Source: Oculina patagonica
Lineage: Eukaryota
Direction of reading: 5' to 3'
Assembly: GCF_052425735.1 (NCBI RefSeq)
Contig: NC_135765.1
Location: 1,240,001-1,304,000 of the forward strand
Length of the DNA: 64,000 nt
A program made the position numbers and the translations under genes. Shown in pieces: positions 21,801 to 34,172 of this stretch. The first letter of the stretch is position 1; each line of letters starts with the position of its first letter. The notes below the pieces were generated by a model. It was not told where the DNA came from, made no database searches, and saw only the letters and a list, made by a program, of their open reading frames with translations.

Positions 21801-24800
21801 TTGGCTTTAGGGACGAAAATGTCAGCTGACCAAAAATAGATGATTCTCCAAACACGTGAGTGGCATGTCCACTTTTCTCTGGCTTTGGAGCATTCTCTTC
21901 AGAATGAGGCACTATAGTGTTTGTTTTGTCCTCCTTTTTAGTCAACGTTGTCGTCTCTTTGGTTATCCCACCACAACCAAGACATCCAGGGCAAACTTCT
22001 TGCTTTACATAATTGAAGAAGTTTGAGGGGAGCCAAAGGCGAGAAGCTTTCTCGCGATTTGCCATTGAGGCACGAACTTCATAAACAACGAGACAGTCTT
22101 CATCTTGCTTTTTAGTACTCTTTAGAGCACTCTGGAGCGTCATGAAACGTCTGCCTGTGAGATGAGTAGGGAGGTTAGCAGGTTCAGCATTCAGTGGGGT
22201 AGTCAGTAACTTCCCTTGACTTGGTGAAAACGGAGGCTGGGTTTGAGAGGACTTCATGGGTGGCATTGGCGAGGAAGACTCCAAGGAATCTTCATTTTCT
22301 TCTCCATCATCTTCGCCCTCAGCTGATGTATAACTCAGACTCTCGTCCGTGGAATCCTCTGATTCTTCAATGAATTCTTCATAATCGTCGCATTCTTCTA
22401 CAATGACGGTGGAAATAGGTTTGGTAACCTCTTGAAGAGACGTCTCTTCTCCGGGCTCGTTCACAACGTAGGGTGTAAAGTTAAAACCTCCAGCCTGGGA
22501 TTCCTGGTTGGCAAAATCTTGTTGTTGCTTAGCAGCAGCAAGGAGTCGAAGTAGTTCACTACTGGAAAAGTCGACTTCAGGTCTTGAATTTGAAGAAAAT
22601 GCCCCTTGAAGTGTGAATGGCTGTGAGAACATCTCAGATGTCTGCAGAGTATTCTGAGGCTGTGGTGTTTCAGAATCCAAGAAAGGTGGTGTTGTTTGGT
22701 ACCAGGGATCGCCACTTTTAGCCCAAGTTGTGGCCCCACCCAGAGGCGCACAGGCGTCTAGTTGACCAAACTGAAAGGTACCAGTTGGTTGCTCCGAATC
22801 GTGTCCTGATGCACTCACTCCATATATTTGTGGCGAGCTACTCACGCTTGTTTTTAGTGGCCCTGTTAAACTCAATCCTAATGTTTGTGAAAAGGTACTG
22901 GTGCTTGTATCCAGTGGTCCTATCGCACTCCCTCCAGATAAAAATGGCGAGCTACTCACGCTTGTTATCAGTGGCCCTGTTGCACTCAATCCTAATGTTC
23001 GTGAAGAGTTACTGGTGCTTGTATCCAGTGGTCCTATGGCACTCGCTCTAGACAAAAATGTCGAGCTACTCACGCTTGTTTTCAGTGGCCCTGTTGCACT
23101 CAATCCTAATGTTTGTGAAGAGGTACTGGTGCTTGTATCCAGCGGTCCTATGGCACTTCCTCCAAATGAAAATGGCGAGCTACTCACGCTTGTACTCAGC
23201 ACTCCTTTGGAACTCAATCCTAATGTTTGTGAGGAGGTACTGGTGCTTGTATCCAGTGGTCCTATCGCACTTCCTCCATTCCCAAATAAAAATGGCGAGC
23301 TACTCACGCTTGTTTTCAGTGGCCCTGTTAAACTCAATCCTAGTGTTTGTGAAGAGGTACTGGTGCTTGTGTCCAGCGGTCCTATGGCACTCCCTCCAAA
23401 TGAAAATGGCGAGCTACTCACGCTTGTACTCAGTGGCCCTATTGCACTGAATCCTAATGTTTGTGAAGAGGTACTGGTGCTTGTGTCCAGCGGTCCTATG
23501 GCACTCCCTCCAAATGAAAATGACGAGCTACTCACGCTTGTTTTCAGTGGCCCTGTTGCACTGAATCCTAATGCTTGTGAAGAGGTACTGGTGCTTGTGT
23601 CCAGCGATCCTATGGCACTCCCTCCAAATGAAAATGACGAGCTACTCACGCTTGTTTTCAGTGGCCCTGTTGCACTCAATCCTAATGTTTGTGAGGAGGT
23701 ACTGGTGCTTGTATCCAGTGGTCCTATCGCACTTCCTCCAAATAAAAACGGCGAGCTACTCACGCTTGTTTTCAGTGGCCCTGTTAAACTCAATCCTAGT
23801 GTTTGTGAAGAGGTACTGGTGCTTGTGTCCAGCGGTCCTATGGCACTCCCTCCAAATGAAAATGGCGAGCTACTCACGCTTGTACTCAGTGGCCCTATTG
23901 CACTGAATCTTAATGTTTGTGAAGAGGTACTGGTGCTTGTATCCAGCGATCCTATGGCACTCCCTCCAAATGAATATGGAGAGCTACTCACGCTTGTACT
24001 CAGCACTCCTTTGGAACTCAATCCTAATGTTTGTGAGGAGGTACTGGTGCTTGTATCCAGTGGTCCTATGGCACTTCCTCCAAATGAAAATGGCGAGCTA
24101 CTCACGCTTGTACTCAGCACTCCTTTGGAACTCAATGCTAATGTTTGTGAGGAGGTACTGGTGCTTGTATCCAGCGGTCCTATGGCACTTCCTCCAAATG
24201 AAAATGGCGAGCTACTCACGCTTGTACTCAGCACTCCTTTGGAACTCAATCCTAATGTTTGTGAGGAGGTACTGGTGCTTGTATCCAGTGGTCCTATGGC
24301 ACTTCCTCCAAATGAAAATGGCGAGCTACTCACGCTTGTACTCAGCGTCCCTTTGGAACTCAATGCTAATGTTTGTGAGGAGGTACTGGTGCTTGTATCC
24401 AGCGGTCCTATGGCACTTCCTCCAAATGAAAATGGCGAGCTACTCACGCTTGTACTCAGCACTCCTTTGGAACTCAATCCTAATGTTTGTGAGGAGGTAC
24501 TGGTGCTTGTATCCAGTGGTCCTATGGCACTCCCTCCAAATGAAAATGTCGAGCTACTCACGCTTGTACTCAGCGCTCCTTTGGAACTCAATGCTAATGT
24601 TTGTGAGGAGGTACTGGTGCTTGTTTCCAGCGATCCTATGGCACTCCCTCCAAATGAAAATGTCGAGCTACTCACGCTTGTACTCAGCGCTCCTTTGGAA
24701 CTCAATGCTAATGTTTGTGAGGAGGTACTGGTGCTTGTTTCCAGCGATCCTATGGCACTCCCTCCAAATGAAAATGTCGAGCTACTCACACTTGTACTCA

Positions 24801-27800
24801 GCGCTCCTTTGGAACTCAATGCTAATGTTTGTGAGGAGGTACTGGTGCTTGTTTCCAGCGATCCTATGGCACTCCCTCCAAATGAAAATGTCGAGCTACT
24901 CACGCTTGTACTCAGTGCTCCTTTGGAACTCAATCCTAATGTTTGTGAGGAGGTACTGGTGCTTGTTTCCAGCGGTCCTATGGCACTCCTTCCAAATGAA
25001 AATGTTGAGCTACTCACGCTTGTACTCAGTGCTCCTTTGGAACTCAATCCTAATGTTTGTGAGGAGGTACTGGTGCTTGTTTCCAGCGGTCCTATCGCAC
25101 TCCTTCCAAATGAAAATGTTGAGCTACTCACGCTTGTACTCAGCGCTCCTTTGGAACTCAATCCTAATGTTTGTGAAGAGGTACTGGTGCTTGTTTCCAA
25201 CGGTCCTATGGCACTCCTTCCAAATGAAAATGTTGAGCTACTCACGCTTGTACTCAGTGCTCCTTTGGAACTCAATGCTAATGTTTGTGAGGAGGTACTG
25301 GTGCTTGTTTCCAGCGATCCTATGGCACTTCCTCCAAATGAAAATGTCGAGCTACTCACGCTTGTACTCAGTGCTCCTTTGGAACTCAATCCTAATGTTT
25401 GTGAAGAGGTACTGGTGCTTGTGTCCAACGGTCCTATCGCACTCCTTCCAAATGAAAATGTTGAGCTACTCACGCTTGTACTCAGTGCTCCTTTGGAACT
25501 CAATCCTAATGTTTGTGAAGAGGTACTGGTGCTTGTGTCCAACGGTCCTATCGCACTCCTTCCAAATGAAAATGTCGAGCTGCTCACGCTTGTACTCAGT
25601 GCTCCTTTGGAACTCAATCCTAATGTTTGTGAAGAGGTACTGGTGCTTGTGTCCAACGGTCCTATCGCACTCCTTCCAAATGAAAATGTTGAGCTACTCA
25701 CGCTTGTACTCAGCACTCCTTTGGAACTCAATCCTAATGTTTGTGAAGAGGTACTGGTGCTTGTGTCCAACGGTCCTATCGCACTCCCTCCAGATAAAAA
25801 TGGCGAGCTACTCACCCTTCTATTTAGTGGTCCTGTTGAACTTACTCCAAATTTTTGTGGTGAGTTACTCACGCTTGTATACAGGGGTCCTGTTAAACTC
25901 ACTCCAAATTTTTGGGGCGAGCTACTCACGCTTGTATTCAGGGGTGCTGTTGTACTCACTCCAAATGATTGTGGGGAGGTACTCAAGCTTGTATTCAGTG
26001 GTCCTGTTGTACTCACTCCAAATGATTGTGGGGAGGTACTCAAGCTTGTATTCAGTGGTCCTATTGCACTCACTCCAAATGATTGTGGGGAGGTACTCAA
26101 GCTTGTATTCAGTGCGCGTGTTGCACTCACTCCAAATGATTGTGGAGAGGTACTCAAGCTTGTATTCAGTGGTCCTGCTGTACTCACTCCAAATGATTGT
26201 GGGGAGGTACTCAAGCTTGTATTCAGTGGTCCTGTTGTACTCACTCCAAATGATTGTGGGAAGGTACTCAAGCTTGTATTCAGTGGTCCTGTTGTACTCA
26301 CTCCAAATGATTGTGGGGAGGTACTCAAGCTTGTATTCAGTGGTCCTGTTGTACTCACTCCAAATGATTGTGGGGAGGTACTCAAGCTTGTATTCAGTGG
26401 TCCTGTTGTACTCACTCCAAATGATTGTGGGGAGGTACTCAAGCTTGTATTCAGTGGTCCTGTTGTACTCACTCCAAATGATTGTGGGAAGGTACTCAAG
26501 CTTGTATTCAGTGGTCCTGCTGTACTCACTCCAAATGATTGTGGGGAGGTACTCAAGCTTGTATTCAGTGGTCCTGTTGTACTCACTCCAAATGATTGTG
26601 GGGAGGTACTCAAGCTTGTATTCAGTGGTCCTGTTGCACTCACTCCAAATGATTGTGGGGAGGTACTCAAGCTTGTATTCAGTGGTCCTGTTGCACTCAC
26701 TCCAAATGATTGTGCGGAGGTACTCAAGCTTGTATTCAGTGGTCCTGTTGCACTCACTCCAAATGATTGTGGGAAGGTACTCAAGCTTGTATTCAGTGGT
26801 CCTGTTGTACTCACTCCAAATGATTGTGGGGAGGTACTCAAGCTTGTATTCAGTGGTCCTGTTGCACTCACTCCAAATGATTGTGGGGAGGTACTCAAGC
26901 TTGTATTCAGTGGTCCTGTTGTACTCACTCCAAATGATTGTGGGGAGGTACTCAAGCTTGTATTCAGTGGTCCTGTTGTACTCACTCCAAATGATTGTGG
27001 GGAGGTACTCAAGCTTGTATTCCGTGGTCCTGTTGTACTCACTCCAAATGATTGTGGGGAGGTACTCAAGCTTGTATTCAGTGGTCCTGTTGTACTCACT
27101 CCAAATGATTGTGGGAAGGTACTCAAGCTTGTATTCCGTGGTCCTGTTGTACTCACTCCAAATGATTGTGGGGAGGTACTCAAGCTTGTATTCAGTGGTC
27201 CTGTTGCACTCACTCCAAATGATTGTGGGAAGGTACTCAAGCTTGTATTCAGTGGTCCTGTTGTACTCACTCCAAATGATTGTGGGGAGGTACTCAAGCT
27301 TGTATTCAGTGGTCCTGCTGTACTCACTCCAAATGATTGTGGGGAGGTACTCAAGCTTGTATTCAGTGGTCCTGTTGTACTCACTCCAAATGATTGTGGG
27401 GAGGTACTCAAGCTTGTATTCCGTGGTCCTGTTGTACTCACTCCAAATGATTGTGGGGAGGTACTCAAGCTTGTATTCAGTGGTCCTGTTGCACTCACTC
27501 CAAATGATTGTGGGGAGGTACTCAAGCTTGTATTCAGTGGTCCTGTTGTACTCACTCCAAATGATTGTGGGAAGGTACTCAAGCTTGTATTCAGTGGTCC
27601 TGCTGTACTCAGTCCAAATGATTGTGGGAAGGTACTCAAGCTTGTATTCAGTGGTCCTGCTGTACTCACTCCAAATGATTGTGGGAAGGTACTCAAGCTT
27701 GTATTCAGTGGTCCTGCTGTACTCAGTCCAAATGATTGTGGGGAGGTACTCAAGCTTGTATTCCGTGGTCCTGTTGTACTCACTCCAAATGATTGTGGGA

Positions 27801-30067
27801 AGGTACTCAAGCTTGTATTCAGTGGTCCTGCTGCACTCAGTCCAAATGATTGTGGGGAGGTACTCAAGCTTGTATTCAGTGGTCCTGTTGCACTCACTCC
27901 AAATGATTGTGGGGAGGTACTCAAGCTTGTATTCAGTGGTCCTGCTGCACTCAGTCCAAATGATTGTGGGGAGGTACTCAAGCTTGTATTCAGTGGTCCT
28001 GCTGCACTCAGTCCAAATGATTGTGGGGAGGTACTCAAGCTTGTATTCAGTGGTCCTGCTGCACTCAGTCCAAATGATTGTGGGAAGGTACTCAAGCTTG
28101 TATTCAGTGGTCCTGTTGCACTCACTCCAAATGATTGTGGGGAGGTACTCAAGCTTGTATTCAGTGGTCCTGTTGTACTCACTCCAAATGATTGTGGGAA
28201 GGTACTCAAGCTTGTATTCAGTGGTCCTGCTGTACTCAGTCCAAATGATTGTGGGAAGGTACTCAAGCTTGTATTCAGTGGTCCTGCTGTACTCAGTCCA
28301 AATGATTGTGGGAAGGTACTCAAGCTTGTATTCAGTGGTCCTGCTGTACTCAGTCCAAATGATTGTGGGGAGGTACTCAAGCTTGTATTCCGTGGTCCTG
28401 TTGTACTCACTCCAAATGATTGTGGGAAGGTACTCAAGCTTGTATTCAGTGGTCCTGCTGCACTCAGTCCAAATGATTGTGGGAAGGTACTCAAGCTTGT
28501 ATTCAGTGCGCGTGTTGCACTCACTCCAAATATTTTTGTCGAGCTGCTTACGCTTGTATTCAGCGATCCTTTGGAACTCACCCCAGATGTTTGTGGGGAG
28601 CTGTTCCCTCTTCTATTCAGGGGTCCTTTGGAACTAAATCCAACTGTTTGTGAGGAGCTAATTTCGGTGAGTAGCTTACTTTCCGTCCCTGTTAGCATAT
28701 TAAACACAACCTTAAGTTGAGCGTAGAATCCTTCTTTCACCTCATTAAGCATTTCCTACAATTGAAGAAGAATCAACACAAATTGTGAAATACTTGGTGG
28801 GACACATGGATCATAAGGTCGAAAGACGAGAAACTCAAATTGTAACGCATATGGCTTCTTTATTTTTCAAGACAATACATATGCGGGGTTATTGACCAGG
28901 AGCGGGACCAAGAGCTGGATATTGGCCAAGTTCTTTTTTTGCGGGTTCATTTTTGCGAGGTCCACACTCTAAGCTTAGTTAGAAGTACATAAAGGATTAT
29001 GGACTTCTGGCTTAGTCAGGAAAGGACTTATTATGTGGCATAAAGAATACCACTTTTTTTGTGTGCGGGACACAGCGGGCAAGATAGCCCCATCTTGCAC
29101 GCTTGGGTAGCCAGTTACAGTTTTATAGCAGTTGTAGAAATAAGTCAGGAAAAAAAAAAGAAACATTTAAAGAGAGTGAAAACGAAAGGAGTCATGAAAA
29201 CAAGTTCACTAAAACTGTCGACACGGCTAGGAACTGAATTTGCTAAAATTTACGTTTTTTCGTGTAGCCATCTCAGCCTTTAGTGTAGACATCATTGTTT
29301 CCAGTGTTTCTATGCTGTATTTGTTCTTGCTCCTCTCTTCAACGAAAAGACTCTGGAAAAAAAGCAATAATTGTTCAAGTATACGCTAATTTCTAATGGC
29401 TTTCGAAAATAGTTATTTCTAACAATCATGGTTCATTTGTACAATATGGATCGAGTAGAGCAAAAGAATATGTTTAATCGAAAGAAAACTCGTCCTTTTT
29501 TACCAATAAGATGCAAAACTTTTCTCGGTCTGGTGCTTGTTGTCAGAGCTTTTTTTTTAGGGATTGTTCTGATTAGTTCGCGTAACAATTTTAAACGCTC
29601 TACGGGGGTTGGAAAGCAAGGAAAAGGGTAGGGAGAAAGAATGAGGGCATGGAAAGGTCAGGATCCGAGTCAGGAGGGACCTGTCAGATGTTCCTTCAAG
29701 ATGAACTGGCAAGCATTGGCACTGCAGCTGATGGTACTCCACAAGTAAAGCACAATATCGAGATACGTGTTTTACTGTCGACATCTTACTGTTTGGTCGG
29801 ATAATGCAAACAAAGCTTTTCATAAGGAATTCCATTCTACGCCAGTCAAGTATTCCTCGGTTTCAGAAAACTAATACCCAACTAGGTTTTTGACTTTACA
29901 GTAACATTTAGTGCTCACAGAGACATCAATGGAAACAATAAGCCGAAAGTGTTTGAAAGAGATACCAGTACCTCGTACTCCTCCGCTTGTTGAGTCATAG
30001 ACTTTAATTTCTCTGCCAAATCCTTCTCAGCTATCTCTTTAACAATCACCTATACCAACCCATGTGG

Positions 30068-30105
<38 letters not shown>

Positions 30106-30633
30106 TAATAATAATAATAATAATAATAATTTTTATTTATTCATTTATAATAATAACAACAACTTTATTTCACATAATATTTTAAAAAAGGTAACATGTG
30201 GATAAAAAGGTTCTAAAAATTAACTATAATACCAATACTAATACTAATAATTATAAAAGTAAATTATAATTATCTTCAATTTTTCCCAGAATCCTTTGAG
30301 GCATTTTTAAAAAAGCTTAATAACTTTGGCAGACTACCACAAGATAACATTTGCCATGAAATATCTTCCCATGTCACAACTAGGGTAATGAGGTTATCGA
30401 TCACGTGACAATTTCTAAATAAGCGTTTATGCTTGCTTTGCATATTTGAGGTTCTGTTTGTGCGGGACATTTAAACATTACCAGGTGCCATCTTCAACTA
30501 AAAGTTTAAGGGGGCAATGCACATGAGAGACAAAGTCGGAAGACTAGGCCGAGGGCTATAGAAACTTGACGTTTTATCACACGGCAACGAAGCTTTGCAG
30601 GGTATACTTTTACCGGTTTCACTTGTAATAATG

Positions 30634-30685
<52 letters not shown>

Positions 30686-30755
30686 CAGTTAATTTATTAA
30701 AACTCTTTTGCAGGTAAAATACAACATCAGATTCCTAATTAGAAATCAATACAGT

Positions 30756-30843
<88 letters not shown>

Positions 30844-31269
30844 CAAACTATAGTTTTGGATCATATCTAAGTTACCTGTGTTTTGGCTTCCAAAAGCTTT
30901 CTCTTTGTTTTCGCCAAAGTCGACTCCATGCTTATCGCTCTTTCTTCTAGTTGCTGTCGTTGATAATCAATAAGATCTGCAGCAAAAACGGTATATTTTG
31001 AAACCTGATTATCATTATTGGTTTGCAACATTTTCGAGATTTTGTAACTTGATTCCAAGTTTATAGACTTTATATAGGCTCGACGTTCTATCTCGTTCAT
31101 TTACAACTGGATGTTTGTACCTTCACCATCATGTATCTGCTCGGTTATGTGTATTACCTATCTGAGACTGGCTGCCTTCCAATTTCTTCTCCAACCGGAC
31201 AATCTTTTCCTGAAGAGCCCTTTCTCTGGCGGAAAGGGAGTCCTCGAAGCTGTCATGCTCTCCATCCAT
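18862..31269 (-). CDS. RanBP2/Nup358-derived protein A (about 3427 aa): coiled coil, Ser/Thr-rich SFG repeats, IR domain, 3 Ran-binding domains, 2 RanBP2 zinc fingers, second IR domain
   Basis: Exons 31269-31158, 30976-30876, 30049-29972, 29352-29254, 28755-18862 join in frame. RanBD motif WKERGxGDxKLLRHP...KLCANH occurs three times; WTCEVC..N..C..C twice; DCLVVYEVRASMANREKASRLWLPSNFFNY resembles the RanBP2 IR1/IR2 SUMO E3 repeat. Confidence 0.85.
22830..25830 (-). repeat. Coding tandem repeat, 114-bp (38-aa) unit, about 26 copies
   Basis: Unit approximately GPLDTSTSTSSQTLGLSSKGVLSTSVSSSPFSFGGSAI; two diverged 57-bp halves. Confidence 0.95.
25920..28560 (-). repeat. Coding tandem repeat, 57-bp (19-aa) unit, about 46 copies
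   Basis: Unit approximately GPLNTSLSTSPQSFGVSTT, near-identical copies. Confidence 0.95.
30627..30843. repeat. (TAA)n at 30627-30683 and (AAAG)n at 30756-30843; another (TAA)n at 30068-30130
   Basis: Directly visible in introns of gene A. Confidence 0.95.
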
Positions 31270-32438
31270 ATTTAGATCTACCAAACGTCACTTGTTACTG
31301 CTGTAAAGAACATAAGCAAGGAATTCAAGGTATTTTATAGCAGAAAACAGTCGAGGAATGCGATTATGCGACGGCCGTAAAAGTGTCAGTTACCCTCCTA
31401 CCCGTTATTAGCATCACGCAAAATCAACTTAACCTATTCTAAAAACATCAATGAAACCTTAAATTGTACAAAATGAAAATTAAGGCCCTGTCCACATTAA
31501 TCCGGATAAATTTGAAAACGGATAAATTTGAAAACGCCGTATAAAATGTTTTACTTCCACATTAATCACAGTATTTATCCGTGAAAACGATACGCTTCAT
31601 CGCACGCAGCGTTGAACATGACTATTTGACGTCAGCGTTTTCAAAAAGCTCTGTTTTCGCCGTCCACACTAGTGCGTTTTCAAATTTCTCCACTTTGGAG
31701 AGTGTTTTTTGAAAAGCTCCGTTTTCAAGAATGAAGAAGAAGGTTTGGTGTCACAAGTCCATAAATAGACGTGAATTCGCGGAAAAAGCCGTCTGTAAAT
31801 AGCTTTTTTGTGAATCTGACAGAAACTTCCGCAGCAGGATGGGCTATTTAACTTACATCTAATCTATCGACCAACCTTGATCATCACTAATAAAATGCAA
31901 TAAATGCTTTACTAGGGATGTTTTGTTTAATCAATTTTGCAATAGACAGCTTATTTTTTATGATATTTTGTTACGAGATTCTGAGGCATGTGTAATTTTC
32001 AGGATGCTTGACTTCAAACAACCCCACAAGTTGTTATGACTGACTGCTTTTCGTCCGAAGCTTAACCTCGAGGTTAGTAGTTTCGGGCTGTTGAATACCC
32101 CCCTTTACCACCCTTACTCGTATACCGTACCGCAGAGAACAAATACAACATTGAGTATTACCGACCAGAAATAACTGAAATTACTAGCAGAAATTCCTCC
32201 GATGTTTGAAAAGTCTCTTGGTTTACAAACTGTTCAGTATATGGAATATTTTGATCAGACCCCAGCTATGTTTATATCAGTCTTATAGCAGTCTTTCATG
32301 TAAACTGTACAGCCAAGTTCGACAGTACATGAACTGTAAACATTTTTGTAAAGTGAAAGTAACAAAGTTAGACAGCAGCTTGAGTAAGTTTAAAGCACAC
32401 AAAAAAGTCTGAAAACTTGATATAAAATCGATCGACTA

Positions 32439-33427
32439 CAGTATGTGGCCCTTGGTCCGCGAGTAAAAGTTATAAACTTGAATATCTTACCTGAATCAAA
32501 GCCCGATGAGCTGAAATTTTTCTTGAAGATAGATTTTATGTCTCTCTTTATAATTGCAAAGTGGCAATGCCTGAACTAAAATATTTTTCGTGTAATTAAA
32601 AAAATAGTGACCGTGCTCGCAGGTCCTTGGTCCGCACATTTGGTCCTTTATCCGCGAGTCACGTAAACAAAGTGAAAATTACTGTAAATCGCAATAATTT
32701 TCAAAAAAGTTGCAATGTTTTAGCAATATTTAATCTATTCTTTACTATTTTTGACATTTTTAAGCTTCAGTCTTGCTGGAAGTCGTTGTTAGGTGCGAGT
32801 ATAAAACAACCAGTATATTCTTCAGATTTCTTTCAGACCGAAGTCTCCAACGAAACCCGCGTCTTAATTTCTTCTCTTTATAACTCTCCAATTTAATTTT
32901 GAAACATTTGAAGCGAGGATAAATGCCGTAGCAACAATGTGTGCACCCAGTACTTAATATTTTTCTGAATGATCGTTGTTTTAGAACATTTTTTTAATTC
33001 ACAGTCAAAGGTCACGGACCAAGGACCCATATGCGAAAATTGTTTATAACTTTCATTAGTCGCTAAACCTAAAATTTGCAACTCTGCAGCAAATTTCTTC
33101 GCAGATTCTGAAATCTATTCATCTATTAACCTGTTCTCTAAAAAAACACGTTATCTCGTTGCGTTTTATCTATGCACTAGCTTAGTAAACGCGACCATGT
33201 AGTTCACGGACCCGCGAAAAGTTGAAATTTCAAGAAAGGCAAATTTACCTGTCTGTTGACAAGCGTGAATTTCGCATCGTAACTGACAGTAAAAAAGCTA
33301 AAAATTTAACATACCAAAGAAGAATAGTCAAAGAATCATTGGAAACATTCATTTTTTGCCGAAGTTTAGTTGTCGAGGAAATATTAAATCATATTCGAAA
33401 AAGTCGCGGACCAAGGACCACATACTG
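32439..33427. mobile_element. Non-autonomous TIR transposon with TA TSD
   Basis: TA-CAGTATGTGGCCCTTGGTCCGCG ... CGCGGACCAAGGACCACATACTG-TA. Confidence 0.88.
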
Positions 33428-33539
33428 TACTTATAAACAAAATGAAGGAATAGTACATACATGTATTTATTAATGGCTGGTATATCAAACCGCTTTCGTG
33501 TTGTCGCTGATCGTAACTCCTTCCCGTGCAGCCATTACC

Positions 33540-34172
33540 TCTCAGACACGCGAGCAGCTCGAAACAGAAACTTGATTTGAAGTAACATCATTACTTGCAG
33601 AAAAACGCCTACATGCTTATTTGCATTTCAGCTATAGTGCTCATTGTCTTATGCAAAAAAGTACTAAATTCGTGGAAGACGAAGATGGAGTTCCGAGAAA
33701 AACAGGAAGTTTAGGTTTTGTGACAGATGCGTGATCTTTTTGAAAGGACCGTCGCGTCGACACCCCTACCCCCCCCCCCCCCAAAAAAAAAAAAAAGAAA
33801 AGGAAAAAATGGTACCGCAAAAATTCATTACCTCAAGACCTCAACTTCGAAGATAGAATGCCTCGTCAACACGATACCTGCGATTACTAAACTATCTTAC
33901 AAACAAATCCCACCGCACCACGCGCCTCCCCGTCAATCGAAACCGTCACGCACTGTCGCGACAATCTGTCACGCACACAATCGCTCACCAGACTGCCCAG
34001 CGGAGAATGTTTGAAACTCATGCGCGAAGTCAAACGCCGACTTCGCGGTCTCGAAATTTTGAGATTTTGTTGCGATTTGTGCAAGGAAATGTACGAAAAA
34101 TCGAACAGGCTTGCTAGCTAATTTGACGTTGACCCTTTTGCACTGAGTTCTACGTTTTCAGAATCTTGAAAC
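33540..34172. promoter_or_regulatory. Putative bidirectional promoter, copy 1 (gene A / RANBP2 5' duplicate)
   Basis: CpG-richer stretch between divergent genes; ETS-like CAGGAAGT near 33703; minus-strand donor near 33538 and acceptor near 31305 suggest a non-coding first exon; homologous to 54560-55044. Confidence 0.55.

Noticed and set aside
25920-28560. CRISPR-like array or mucin
   Set aside because: Contiguous repeats with no unique spacers in a eukaryotic exon; no signal peptide and fused to cytosolic Ran-binding domains, so the NTS sequons are probably unused.
22901-28720. 1939-aa and 1574-aa plus-strand ORFs over the gene A repeats
   Set aside because: Antisense shadows: a repeat unit with length divisible by 3 and no stop in a frame stays open automatically, and the ORFs end about where the array ends.
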